From Candidatus Saccharimonadota bacterium (GTDB lineage Bacteria > Patescibacteriota > Saccharimonadia > Saccharimonadales > UBA4665): a stretch of 32,000 bases of DNA. This document shows positions 8,430 to 17,353 of the stretch, in pieces (the stretch's first letter is position 1; each line of letters starts with the position of its first letter). The stretch is taken from the NCBI GenBank assembly GCA_963716945.1, contig OY970322.1, positions 840,001 to 872,000 of the forward strand. Direction: 5' to 3'. The notes beneath the pieces were generated by a model that saw nothing but the letters and a program-made list of their open reading frames with translations, had not been told where the DNA came from and did no database searches. Both the position numbers and the translations under genes were made by a program.

Positions 8430-8479
8430 GAGGCCGCTTAAGAGCGGTATGCGGCTTTGGCGTCTCGAGGCCGCTTAAG
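8430..8479. repeat. 13-bp perfect direct repeat GAGGCCGCTTAAG x2 (8430-8442 and 8467-8479)
   Basis: Read directly. The first copy contains the small hairpin CCGCT-TAAG-AGCGG. The repeat lies in the 75-bp gap between the stop of the hypothetical gene and the pheS start. Confidence 0.7.
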
Positions 8480-8485
8480 CTTGGT

Positions 8486-9094
8486 TTAAGAGCCGGAGAA
8501 GCCCGTGGTGTGCGGCGACGGGGTAGCAACCTCGTCAGGATGTACGCGGCCTTCGGCCAAGGCATGGCCGGAAAGGGCGTGGCCGCCCAACGACTGCAGG
8601 ACGACCGTATCGCCGACGGTGGTTACGGTCTCCAGGCAATCGAGGTCTTCAGGATTAGGAATCGATACCAGCCAGCGGGTCCGGACACCGTCAACTTCTA
8701 CGGGCTGGCTTTTTAGGATAACGCCGATCGGCTGGTCTTCCTCAGAGATGCCCGGCTGGGCAGGCAAGTCGCTAATCTCAAGCTGGAAGCCGCTGATACC
8801 CGGTTCGGCTAAAGGTTCGTCGCGGTTGATCCTCTTGCTATCCAGCCGCTTGCCATTGGGCCGCTCTTCCCACAAGAAAGCATCCCATTCAACGCCGGGC
8901 TTGGTCGGCCTCAGGCTTACCTGGGCGGCCTGCTCGCCTTCGCGGCGCAGCGCCGCCAGGCTTGTCCGGTTAGCGGTCTGGGCCGCCCTCAGGGCCCTGG
9001 TAGCGGCATGCATCTTTTGGGCGGCCTTGACGGCCAGCACCAGATCTTCGGCGGCCTGGAGTTCAGTGCCGGTTTCTTTTGACGGAATACCCAT
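8486..9094 (-). CDS. Hypothetical protein (Ala-rich helical N-terminus, beta-rich C-terminus)
   Basis: 202 aa with native GC. An SD AGGAG lies 9 nt upstream of the ATG. I recognise no family motif. Confidence 0.6.
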   Translation of the reverse strand: MGIPSKETGTELQAAEDLVLAVKAAQKMHAATRALRAAQTANRTSLAALRREGEQAAQVSLRPTKPGVEWDAFLWEERPNGKRLDSKRINRDEPLAEPGISGFQLEISDLPAQPGISEEDQPIGVILKSQPVEVDGVRTRWLVSIPNPEDLDCLETVTTVGDTVVLQSLGGHALSGHALAEGRVHPDEVATPSPHTTGFSGS

Positions 9095-9242
9095 AATATA
9101 TACTCCTGACTGGCACTCGGCGTGCCGGCTTAGCGCCCACCCGGTATTTTCTTAATACATTATTCTAATATTTACCAGCCGGCCCGTCAACCCGGCGGAT
9201 AAGCTGTTTGGCCTGGACCGCCCGAGGACTTAATATATGGGT

Positions 9243-9740
9243 ATGGCAAATTTTTCATTTGACGCGGTCAGCGACTACGACAAGGCCGAGATGAATAACG
9301 TCTTCGACCAGACACAGCGCGAGATGGCCAACCGTTATGATTTCAAAGGTACGCCGGCGGCCATAGAGTGGCTGAACGGCGACAAGACCGGGCTCAAGAT
9401 TACCGGCAGCGGCGATTGGCAAATCGACGCCATCCTGGATATCGTGCGCAAGAAACTGGCCGCCCGCAACCAAAGCCAAAAAACGCTGGACACCACAGGC
9501 GAGGTCGTCGAAAGCAACCTCAAAGCCGTCAAAGAAGTGCCCTTCGTCCAAGGCTTAAGCCAAGACAAGGCCAAAAAAATCACTTCGCTGCTGCGCGATA
9601 AGTTCCCGAAACTCAAAACCCAAATCCAAGGCGACGCCGTCCGCGTCACCGGCAACAGCAAAGACGACCTCCAGGCGGCCATGCAATTATTGCGCGCCCA
9701 GGACTTCGACTTCCCGCTCGGTTTCAACAATTTCAGGTAA
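9243..9740 (+). CDS. yajQ: YajQ family (UPF0234) nucleotide / cyclic-di-GMP-binding protein
   Basis: MANFSFDAVSDYDKAEMNNVFDQTQREMANRYDFKG...QGDAVRV...DDLQ... matches the YajQ family layout. The ORF track starts at ATG 9237; I prefer ATG 9243, which lies 6 nt after a TAATAT -10 at 9231-9236. Confidence 0.9.
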   Translation: MANFSFDAVSDYDKAEMNNVFDQTQREMANRYDFKGTPAAIEWLNGDKTGLKITGSGDWQIDAILDIVRKKLAARNQSQKTLDTTGEVVESNLKAVKEVPFVQGLSQDKAKKITSLLRDKFPKLKTQIQGDAVRVTGNSKDDLQAAMQLLRAQDFDFPLGFNNFR

Positions 9741-9750
9741 ACTAAAGCTT

Positions 9751-11076
9751 ATGCAGGATAACCCTGATTTGCTGGCTCAGACTAAAGCCGTGCTCGAAAT
9801 GAACGACCGCGGCAATTACACCCAACCGGCCCACGGACTGTACCCGCACCAGTGGCTGTGGGACAGCTGCTTCATCGCGATCGGTTTGCGCCACCTCGAC
9901 GTCGAGCGGTCCAAAACCGAACTGCTCAGCCTGCTGCGCGGCCAGTGGCGCAACGGTATGCTGCCGAACATTATCTTCCGTGACGACCCGCAATACCGGG
10001 CCGACCGCAATATCTGGCGCAGCTGGCTGAGCCCGTTCGCGCCCAACGACATCATGACGACCGGCATCACCCAGCCGCCGGTGCTGGCCGAAGCCGTCGT
10101 CCAAGTCGGCAAGAAGCTGGCCTGGCCGGAGCGCCGCCAATGGTACCGCATGGTCTACCCGGCGCTGGTAGCTTACCACCAATGGCTGTACAACGAACGC
10201 GACCCGCACGGGGAAGGTTTGATCCTACTGATCCACCCCTGGGAAACCGGCCTTGATAACACGCCGCCCTGGATGGCCGAGATGCACGAGCACCTGCTGC
10301 CGCTGTGGATCCGGGTGATCGAGAAAACCCGTTTCGACCGCGTGATCAACCTCTTCCGGCGCGACGCCCGCTCGGTGCCGTTGGACCAGCGCTTCTCGAC
10401 CATCGAATCGCTGGCCCTGCTGGACATCCAGCGCCGGTTGCGGCGCAAAGCCTATGACATTAACAAAATCCTCGACCATTCGCTATTCGCAATTGAAGAC
10501 TTAACCTTTAACAGCATCCTGATCCGGGCCAACACCCACTTGCGCGAAATTGCCAAAAGTTTGCGCGAAGACTTGCCCGGCGCCCTGGGGGCCAGCATGG
10601 CCAAGACCGAAAAGGCGTTCAACGATCTGTGGGACCCCTATTCGGGCCAGTATTATTCGCGCGATTTCATCACTCACCGGCTGCTCAAAACCCCCAGTAT
10701 CGCTACCCTGTTGCCGTTGTACGCCGGATCGGTAACCAAAGAGCGGGCCGAACAGCTGGTGCGGCTGCTCGAGAACGACCAGGCCTTCGGTCCGGCTTAC
10801 CCGGTACCCAGCGTGCCGCTGAATTCTTTCTGGTTCCAACCCAAGCTTTACTGGCAGGGACCGGCCTGGGTCAATATGAACTGGCTGATAATCGACGGCT
10901 TGAGGCGCTACGGTTTCGACGACCACGCCGCGGCGCTGCGCGAAACGACGCTCGAGATGGTCGCCAAATCAGGCTCTTCCGAATACTTCGACCCGTTAAC
11001 CGGCGAAGCGGCCGGCGCGAGTAACTTCTCCTGGACCGCCGCCCTGGCGATCGACCTCCTGAAAACCGCTAAATAA
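9751..11076 (+). CDS. (alpha/alpha)6-barrel glycoside hydrolase, GH63-like (mannosylglycerate/glucosylglycerate hydrolase- or trehalase-like)
   Basis: 441 aa. Motifs YPHQWLWDSCFIAIG, IHPWETGLDNTPPW and YWQGPAWVNMNW are typical of the GH63/GH37-type clan. Substrate cannot be assigned from sequence. Confidence 0.75.
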   Translation: MQDNPDLLAQTKAVLEMNDRGNYTQPAHGLYPHQWLWDSCFIAIGLRHLDVERSKTELLSLLRGQWRNGMLPNIIFRDDPQYRADRNIWRSWLSPFAPNDIMTTGITQPPVLAEAVVQVGKKLAWPERRQWYRMVYPALVAYHQWLYNERDPHGEGLILLIHPWETGLDNTPPWMAEMHEHLLPLWIRVIEKTRFDRVINLFRRDARSVPLDQRFSTIESLALLDIQRRLRRKAYDINKILDHSLFAIEDLTFNSILIRANTHLREIAKSLREDLPGALGASMAKTEKAFNDLWDPYSGQYYSRDFITHRLLKTPSIATLLPLYAGSVTKERAEQLVRLLENDQAFGPAYPVPSVPLNSFWFQPKLYWQGPAWVNMNWLIIDGLRRYGFDDHAAALRETTLEMVAKSGSSEYFDPLTGEAAGASNFSWTAALAIDLLKTAK

Positions 11077-11080
11077 AACC

Positions 11081-12244
11081 ATGCCCTACTCCGCCGCCCA
11101 CACCCACTACCACCTCAGCCGGATGAAAGAAATGGGCCGTATCTACTGGTGCCACAGCGTCAGTTCTTCGGGCATCGCGCTGGCGGCTATTTTCATTCCG
11201 ATCTTTCTGCTCAAACTCGGCTATTCGCTGCACAGCGTCTTCCTCTATCTGCTGATGCAGCAGGGCCTGGCAGCCGTGCTGCAGTATCCGGCCGCCCGGC
11301 TTTTCCGGTATATTAGGCCACACCGTTTGCTGGTGCTGGGCAATCTCTGGTACGCGGTGCTATTTGGCTTGCTGATCAGCCTGCAGGCCCGCCATTGGCC
11401 GCTGCTGATGCTGGCCCTGGCCTGGGCGCTGACCCGGACGATCTATTGGGCGGCTTTCCATTTTTGCTTCAGCCTGGCCCGCGGCCACAAGCACCCGGCC
11501 CGCAAGATTGCCGGCATCAACGCCTTGAATATGCTGACTGCCACCGCTTCGCCGGCTATCGGCGGCATCGTGGCAACGGCTTTTGGTATCAGCTACGTTT
11601 ACCTGGCGGCCGTGCTGTTGCTGATTATCTCGGTGTTGCCGATGCTCAAACGCGGGGACGGCCCGGACAAGACGGATGTCAGGATAGACTGGCAACAGAT
11701 CTGGGTCATGCGCCGCGATGCCTTCGCCAACGCTTTCAACGGCACGGTCGGCATGGCCGAGCTGAACATCTGGCCGCTGTTCGTCTTCCTGCTGGTCAGC
11801 TCGTACGCCGGTATCGGCTTATTGAGTTCGGTCATCGCCGCCAGCAGCATAGTCGTTACTTTGTATGTCGGCCGGCGGCAGGAAGCCAAAGGCGAAGGCC
11901 ACTACATCAACCGCGGCGCGGCGGCCTACAGCCTGACCAGTCTCGGCCGGGCGATTGCCGAAAACACGTTCCAGGTCTTCGGCCTGAACCTGCTTGGCGG
12001 CGTCGGCCGGTCGCTCTATGTCACGCCGTACATGAACCGCTACTACACCAACAGCGACGGTGACGGTTCGTTCCGGCTGGGCTATATCACGGTCATGGAA
12101 ACCTCGTTTTCGCTCGGCGCCGTGCTTTATACGCTGGGGCTGCTAGCCTTGACGGCGGTCTTCCCGATCAAAACCGTCCTGTCCATAGGCCTGGCTTTCG
12201 TCGCTCTGGCCGCGATCGGCGTGCGGCTAATCCGTCAGCACTAA
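11081..12244 (+). CDS. MFS-type transporter
   Basis: 387 aa with about 10-12 hydrophobic helices. It starts 4 nt after the glycoside hydrolase stop, so an operon is likely. Confidence 0.7.
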   Translation: MPYSAAHTHYHLSRMKEMGRIYWCHSVSSSGIALAAIFIPIFLLKLGYSLHSVFLYLLMQQGLAAVLQYPAARLFRYIRPHRLLVLGNLWYAVLFGLLISLQARHWPLLMLALAWALTRTIYWAAFHFCFSLARGHKHPARKIAGINALNMLTATASPAIGGIVATAFGISYVYLAAVLLLIISVLPMLKRGDGPDKTDVRIDWQQIWVMRRDAFANAFNGTVGMAELNIWPLFVFLLVSSYAGIGLLSSVIAASSIVVTLYVGRRQEAKGEGHYINRGAAAYSLTSLGRAIAENTFQVFGLNLLGGVGRSLYVTPYMNRYYTNSDGDGSFRLGYITVMETSFSLGAVLYTLGLLALTAVFPIKTVLSIGLAFVALAAIGVRLIRQH

Positions 12245-13290
12245 TCGTCCAAATGGGGCTTGTCGAGCGCTAAAGGCTCGATAGAGACTTCGGTATCGGC
12301 GATCTTGACGATGTCGCGGTCGATTTTGCCTAGTTCCTTATAGGTAGTATTGAAGTGGCCGACGGTCGTGCCGAGGCTGCTGCCGAGCTTGATCATGTAG
12401 CCGTTGTGGGCCAGCAGGTGTTTATGCAGCTGCTCAATGTTCTTGCGGATTTTTTCGGTGTCTTTGTGGATTTCGATTGACCGGAGGCCTTGGACGATAG
12501 TCTGCAGCATGGCCGACAGCGTGCTCGGGCCGACAATCGTGACTTTCTTGTCGGCGGCGGCGTACTGCATCAGGTTGCGGCCGCTGACGCCGCCGAGGCC
12601 GACTTTGTTAGCCAGCAGGTCGTAGTAAATCGCTTCGCTCGGGATGAACATCAGCGCCTGGTCGAGCGTACCCTTGCCGGGCTTGATGTATTTGGCGGTC
12701 TCGTCAATCCGGCGCTTGAGGTCTTCCTTGAAAGCCTTCTCCAGCGCCGGCCGGTCGGCTTCTTTGGCGTCAATCAGCCGGTTGTAGTTCTCCAGCGAGA
12801 ACTTGCTGTCAATCGGCAGTACCCGGTCATCCAGCAGGATGGCGGCGTCGACGATCAGGCCCTCGCCCAGCTTGTATTGGAGCTGGTAGGCGCCCGGCGG
12901 CAAGGTGTTCTTAAGAATTTGCTCCAGGTAATACTCGCCGAGCACGCCGCGCTGTTTCGGGTTCTGCAAAACGTTTTGCAGGGTCTTGAGTTCGGAGGCG
13001 ATGTCGCCGACATTCTTATTGGTGCGGTCGAGCTCGGTCAGCTTCTGGGTGACATCGGCGATAATCTTGCTGCTGGCCGCGAACTGGGCCGTCATCTGTT
13101 TATTGCTGGCCCCCAGCTGGTCGCTGAGCTGTTTCTGCAAGCCGTCCTTGAGCTGCGTGACGTTTTTATTCAATTCGGTCAAATCGGCCTTGATGAGCAG
13201 CGAACTCTGGGCATCGCCGGCCGGCCGCCGCAACAGCGCCGCCGCCAGTACCAACACCAGAATCCCCAAAACGATAACCGCTATAAGCAT
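12241..13290 (-). CDS. rmuC: DNA recombination protein RmuC
   Basis: 349 aa with an N-terminal TM anchor, a long coiled-coil region and a C-terminal RmuC domain (MFIPSEAIYYDLL...VTIVGPSTLSAMLQ). An extended -10 TGATAGAAT lies 6 nt upstream of the ATG. Confidence 0.9.
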   Translation of the reverse strand: MLIAVIVLGILVLVLAAALLRRPAGDAQSSLLIKADLTELNKNVTQLKDGLQKQLSDQLGASNKQMTAQFAASSKIIADVTQKLTELDRTNKNVGDIASELKTLQNVLQNPKQRGVLGEYYLEQILKNTLPPGAYQLQYKLGEGLIVDAAILLDDRVLPIDSKFSLENYNRLIDAKEADRPALEKAFKEDLKRRIDETAKYIKPGKGTLDQALMFIPSEAIYYDLLANKVGLGGVSGRNLMQYAAADKKVTIVGPSTLSAMLQTIVQGLRSIEIHKDTEKIRKNIEQLHKHLLAHNGYMIKLGSSLGTTVGHFNTTYKELGKIDRDIVKIADTEVSIEPLALDKPHLDD

Positions 13291-13302
13291 GCTTCTATTC
13301 TA

Positions 13303-14046
13303 TCAGTTTTCGATAGTAACGGCGGTACCGACAGAGGCCCAATTGTAGAGCCAGGCGGCGGTCGCCAGCGGCAGCTCGACGCAGCCGTGCGAAGCGTCGG
13401 CCGAATCGGGGCTGATGTTGCCAAAATCACTATTCGAGCGCCAGGTAGCATCGTGGAAGCCGTAGCTGCCGTACTGGTTATGCAAGAAAGGCATCCAATA
13501 AGACACCGGATCGCTCCAGCTGCCGGTGGTGTCCGAGCCGGTCAGCGTCAGGTCGCGCTCTTTGCCGTAAATGTGGTATGTGCCGGTCGGCGTCAGATCG
13601 GCCGCCAGGTACTCGATGCCGGTCACGACCGGCGAATCATAGGCCGTCGTCGCCCCGTCGCAAGCCCAGAGGTGGCGCTGGCTGATGCTGACCAGGACCA
13701 GCCGGCCGAGGCTGTTGCCGGCGCAATGGTTGGTGGCGGCGGCCGGGGCGGCAGCAGGCGTTTTGGCCGGCGCGGTTTTCGGCGTATTGGTCGAGACTGC
13801 CGCTGGAGTTTTGGCGGCGGCCGGCTGCTTAGCCGGTGAAAAACCGCCGCGCAGCATAAACAAACCGGCCGCGGCCGCCAACAAGACCGCGGCCAACAGC
13901 GGCCAACGACGGCTCTTGCGGCGGACGGCCTTAGCCCTGGACACCGGTTTGACCGGCCGTGCCGGGCGCCGGTTCGAGCGGTAATAGGAATAGCCGACCA
14001 GGCTGCCCGGCCGGACGGTTTTTTGATTGAGGGAAGTTGCGCTCAT
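13303..14046 (-). CDS. L,D-transpeptidase (YkuD domain), membrane-anchored
   Basis: 247 aa with a basic N-terminus, a TM helix and an Ala/Pro-rich linker. The YkuD-type catalytic motif SHGCVELP lies near the C-terminus. Confidence 0.85.
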   Translation of the reverse strand: MSATSLNQKTVRPGSLVGYSYYRSNRRPARPVKPVSRAKAVRRKSRRWPLLAAVLLAAAAGLFMLRGGFSPAKQPAAAKTPAAVSTNTPKTAPAKTPAAAPAAATNHCAGNSLGRLVLVSISQRHLWACDGATTAYDSPVVTGIEYLAADLTPTGTYHIYGKERDLTLTGSDTTGSWSDPVSYWMPFLHNQYGSYGFHDATWRSNSDFGNISPDSADASHGCVELPLATAAWLYNWASVGTAVTIEN

Positions 14047-14125
14047 ATAGCTGTTGGGCCCGCTTTTTGGGGGAAGCGGTTACCCGATATTACCAGTTTT
14101 GGTTGAATTTTGGCTGTGTTTATTT

Positions 14126-14989
14126 TTATAGAGACTCTTTTAGTATACCATCCCTGGCCCGCCAGGCTTGCAAGAATCTGACTGCCAGATATAACGCGAA
14201 CGCGGCGCTGGTTATGAAGAAGCTAACCGGATAAGGCTGATAGTAAGAGATGAACAGGCCGAACCAGGTAGCCGACAAGGCAACCCCAACCGATATGAGA
14301 ATCCCCGTCATCGGACGTCGGGCCAGCCGCTCGGCGACAGCCGCCGGCGTAACCATCAGGGCGAAAATCAGCAGCACGCCGACCACCTGGACGGCAATCG
14401 AGGTAGCCAGGGCCAGCAGCAACATGAAGGCCATGTTCATACCTAGGATAGAAACGCCTTTGGCCTCGGCCACGTCCTCGTCCAGCGAGGTGAATAACAG
14501 CCGCCGGTAGAGCACGACGATTGCTATGAGAGTCAGGACGCCGGCAATTGCCGTTATAATGACGTCGCCGGTACTGATGCCTAAAATTTCACCGAATAAT
14601 AATGAATAGGCTTCGGTGGCGTAACCCTTGTACAGACTTATAAATAACACTCCTAGCCCCAGCATGAAAGCCAAAACCGTGCCGATCTGGACGTCGCGGC
14701 TGGCGGCTCTTCGGCCCAGGGCCGCCATTGACAGACCACCACCCGAGGTAAACGCCAGCAAGCCGACCAGCGGATTAAAGCCCAGCAGCACGGCCCCGGC
14801 GGCGCCGGCAAAGCCGATATGCGACAGCGCGTGGGCCGCGAACGACAGCCGCCTGAGAACTACGAAATAGCCGACCACGCCGGCGACAATCGCCACGATC
14901 GTCCCGGCCTCGAAGGCATGCTGCATAAAACCGTACTGCCACATGGTCTGCAGATCGCTCCAGAGGTTAAGGCTGAAACCGTTAGTCAT
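14126..14989 (-). CDS. znuB: Metal (Zn/Mn) ABC transporter permease, ABC-3 family
   Basis: 287 aa polytopic membrane protein typical of ZnuB/MntB-type permeases. It overlaps the ATPase gene by 8 nt. Confidence 0.9.
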   Translation of the reverse strand: MTNGFSLNLWSDLQTMWQYGFMQHAFEAGTIVAIVAGVVGYFVVLRRLSFAAHALSHIGFAGAAGAVLLGFNPLVGLLAFTSGGGLSMAALGRRAASRDVQIGTVLAFMLGLGVLFISLYKGYATEAYSLLFGEILGISTGDVIITAIAGVLTLIAIVVLYRRLLFTSLDEDVAEAKGVSILGMNMAFMLLLALATSIAVQVVGVLLIFALMVTPAAVAERLARRPMTGILISVGVALSATWFGLFISYYQPYPVSFFITSAAFALYLAVRFLQAWRARDGILKESL

Positions 14990-15782
14990 GGTGGACCGCC
15001 TCTTCGGTTCCGAGCACGGCTACCCGGCCGCGCGAATCGCGCAGTACTTCCACCGGCGCGTCATATAGTTTTGACAACGCTTCGGTCGTAATAATCTGCT
15101 TGGGCGTGCCCGTGGCTATCCGGCCGTTGACGGCGTAAATCAAGCGGTCGACGACCGGCAGCAGCGGGTTTATATCATGGGCGATCAGCAGGACGGCCAC
15201 GCCTTGGGTACGGGCTACTTCGGCCACCAGCTGCACCAGCTCGGCCTCGCGGCGAATATCAAGATTAGCCAGCGGCTCGTCAAGCAGCAGCAGGTCCGGC
15301 TGGCCGGCCAGAGCCTGCGCCAGGAAAACCCGCTGGAGTTCGCCGCCCGACAATTCGCCCAGCGGCCGCCCCGCCAGGGTTTCAGCTTGAACGGCCCGCA
15401 AAGACTCCAGAGCCTGCCGGCGTTCAGCGGCAGCTTGGGAGGGCAGCGCCGCGCCCCAGCGGCCGCCGCTAATACCCAGCCGGACCAGCTCGAGCGCTTC
15501 CAAGCGAAGTTCACTGTCAATCGGATGGCGCTGCGGCACATAGCCGATTCGGGGGTTGCCGCGGTGCGGCGGACTGTCAAAAATTTCCAGGCGGCCGCCC
15601 AGCGGTTTAGACAGCCCGAGCAACAGCCGGAATAATGTCGTTTTGCCGGCGCCGTTTGGGCCTAAGACGCCGACGAACTCGCCTTCGCGGACGGTGAAAT
15701 CGGCGTTTTGCCAGATCAGCTTGCTGCCATAACCGGCCGACAGGCCGGCGGCGCGGACGATAACGGCCGGATTTTTAGTCAT
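14982..15782 (-). CDS. znuC: Metal ABC transporter ATP-binding protein
   Basis: Walker A GPNGAGKTT, signature LSGGELQR and Walker B LLLLDEP. It sits between the SBP and permease genes. Confidence 0.9.
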   Translation of the reverse strand: MTKNPAVIVRAAGLSAGYGSKLIWQNADFTVREGEFVGVLGPNGAGKTTLFRLLLGLSKPLGGRLEIFDSPPHRGNPRIGYVPQRHPIDSELRLEALELVRLGISGGRWGAALPSQAAAERRQALESLRAVQAETLAGRPLGELSGGELQRVFLAQALAGQPDLLLLDEPLANLDIRREAELVQLVAEVARTQGVAVLLIAHDINPLLPVVDRLIYAVNGRIATGTPKQIITTEALSKLYDAPVEVLRDSRGRVAVLGTEEAVHHD

Positions 15783-15793
15783 TCGTTCTCATT

Positions 15794-16714
15794 CTACTGC
15801 CCCAAAGCGTTGGCGTTCAAGGCGTTTTCCAGATTGATCAGTTCGGCGTTCATCCAATCCTGGAAAGTCGTGTCCGGCGGCTGGACGGTCTCGGTAACGC
15901 CGACGACCGGGATGTTATTGTCGGCTGCCAGCTTCTTGATGCTGTCAGTCAGCGGCGTGACGGTCTGCTCGTTGTAGACAAGGACCTTAACCTGTCCGCC
16001 TTGAAGCTGCTGTTGGAAAGTCACGATGCTGCCGGTCGGCGGATCGTTGCCCTCGGCGACGGCTTCGATGAAGGCCGGGGGCGAAACCAGGTCCAGCCCG
16101 GCAGCATTAGCCAAATACTGGAAAATATCTTCGGTAGCGGCGACTTTGGTACCGCCAAACTGCCGCTTGATGTCGGCTATCCGGTTTTGGTAAGGCGCCA
16201 GCGACGCCTGCACCGTCTTCAGCTGTTGCAGGTAGTAAGTCTTGCCGCCCGGATCCAGCGCTATCAGATCCTTGTCCATTTGGGCAACGGCCTGATTAAC
16301 GTAAGCCGGGTTATACCAGAGATGGGGATTATCGCCTTCCTTTTTGCCGACCAGCGTCGCCACGGTCAGGACTTTACGACTCGGGTTGGGCTGGGCGCTA
16401 AGCAGTTTGTTGCCCCAGCTGTCGTAGCCGGCGCCGTTGAGAATGACATAATTGGCGGCGGCGAAAGACCGGGCATCTTTGGTATTGCTCTCATATTCGT
16501 GGGGGTCGGCGTTCGGATCGGAGACGATCGACGTGACAACCACCCGATTACCGCCCAGCTGAGAGGCCAGGCTGCCCCAGAAATTTTCGGCGGCCACGAT
16601 GTGGAGCTTGGTGCCGGAGGACGGACTATTACTATGGTGAAAGCTTAAGCCGATGGCTGCTGCTATGACAATTATTATGGCTGAGCCAATCATGGCGGGT
16701 TTACGGAATGACAT
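15794..16714 (-). CDS. znuA: Metal ABC transporter substrate-binding protein (ZnuA/TroA-like)
   Basis: 306 aa with an N-terminal anchor and the cluster-9 SBP pattern (DPHEYE, NPHLWYNP). An SD AGGAAAG lies 6 nt upstream. It is divergent from zur. Confidence 0.9.
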   Translation of the reverse strand: MSFRKPAMIGSAIIIVIAAAIGLSFHHSNSPSSGTKLHIVAAENFWGSLASQLGGNRVVVTSIVSDPNADPHEYESNTKDARSFAAANYVILNGAGYDSWGNKLLSAQPNPSRKVLTVATLVGKKEGDNPHLWYNPAYVNQAVAQMDKDLIALDPGGKTYYLQQLKTVQASLAPYQNRIADIKRQFGGTKVAATEDIFQYLANAAGLDLVSPPAFIEAVAEGNDPPTGSIVTFQQQLQGGQVKVLVYNEQTVTPLTDSIKKLAADNNIPVVGVTETVQPPDTTFQDWMNAELINLENALNANALGQ

Positions 16715-16728
16715 GTTAACTTTCCTCT

Positions 16729-16787
16729 TAATCTTAATCTACCGCCAGATTAGCCCAGCTAAATTTTTATTGCAAATTTGTCGCAAT
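16729..16787. promoter_or_regulatory. Candidate Zur/Fur operator elements in the znuA-zur divergent region
   Basis: TAATCT TAATCT-ACCGCC-AGATTA (16729-16752) forms a 6-bp inverted repeat with a duplicated left arm. ATTGC-N9-GCAAT (16769-16787) overlaps the putative zur promoter. Neither matches a consensus I can state confidently. Confidence 0.3.
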
Positions 16788-16799
16788 TCGTGTTATATT
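16770..16799 (+). promoter_or_regulatory. Putative zur promoter TTGCAA-18 nt-(TGt)TATATT, 8 nt before the ATG
   Basis: TTGCAA at 16770-16775, TGT at 16791-16793, TATATT at 16794-16799 and ATG at 16808. Confidence 0.4.
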
Positions 16800-16807
16800 T
16801 GCGAAGT

Positions 16808-17230
16808 ATGGCCGACTTGCCCGAACAGCTTAAAACCACCTTGAAACAGCACGGCCAGAGCCTGACCCGGGTCCGCCGGACGATTTTTGACGTGCTGGTC
16901 GACAAAGAGCCCCAAACAATGCGCGAGGTCGTGGCCGCCTGCGCCGGCCGGGTCGACCGGGCCAGCGTTTACCGGACCGTCGCCCTGTTCGAACGCCTCG
17001 GCATTGTCCAGCGGCTGCAAATCGGCTGGAAATACAAACTGGAGCTGAGTGACGCCTTCCACCGCCACCACCACCATTTGACCTGTAGCAACTGCGGCCG
17101 GACTTTCCCCTTGCCCGAAGACGAACAATTGGAGAAACGCCTGCGATCTTTGGCCGGCGGCCCGAATTTCATAATGCAGGGCCACCAATTGGAAATCCAG
17201 GGCCTCTGCCAAAGCTGTTATAAAACATAG
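16808..17230 (+). CDS. zur: Fur-family metalloregulator (likely Zur)
   Basis: It has a winged-helix N-terminus (RRTIFDVL...), a His-rich site with CxxC (HRHHHHLTCSNCG) and a C-terminal CQSC. It is divergent from the znuABC-like operon. The ORF-track start 16778 is a non-ATG codon; I prefer ATG 16808. Confidence 0.9.
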   Translation: MADLPEQLKTTLKQHGQSLTRVRRTIFDVLVDKEPQTMREVVAACAGRVDRASVYRTVALFERLGIVQRLQIGWKYKLELSDAFHRHHHHLTCSNCGRTFPLPEDEQLEKRLRSLAGGPNFIMQGHQLEIQGLCQSCYKT

Positions 17231-17310
17231 AACCGGCGCGATATACGGCCGGTTCGGTAGGAAGCCTCACACTTCCTTTATTCAGCTTATGCCGGGGGCT
17301 GTCAAAATGC

Positions 17311-17330
17311 AATGTGACTTCCCTCACATT
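17311..17330 (-). terminator. Weak hairpin AATGTGA-N6-TCACATT followed by a T-run on the minus strand, downstream of the DUF475 gene
   Basis: Read directly. The 7-bp AT-rich stem reads AATGTGAgggaagTCACATTgcATTTT on the minus strand. It is not a strong intrinsic terminator. Confidence 0.3.
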
Positions 17331-17353
17331 TTAGGCAGCCGCCGGGCGCGTTT

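Noticed and set aside
9237-9242. The ORF-track start (ATG 9237) for yajQ.
   Set aside because: ATG 9237 abuts the putative -10 box (TAATAT, 9231-9236). ATG 9243 gives the family-typical short N-terminus (MANFSFD...) and sits at leaderless distance. Either start remains possible.
14047-14125. The hairpin CCGCTT-N8-AAGCGG downstream of znuB, considered as an intrinsic terminator.
   Set aside because: The stem is present, but no T-tract follows it on the minus (transcribed) strand. It cannot be called a Rho-independent terminator with confidence.
17231-17254. The hairpin AACCGGC-N10-GCCGGTT right after the zur stop, considered as a terminator.
   Set aside because: It has a GC-rich 7-bp stem but a 10-nt loop and no downstream T-run. 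It is plausible but unsupported, so it is not listed as a feature.
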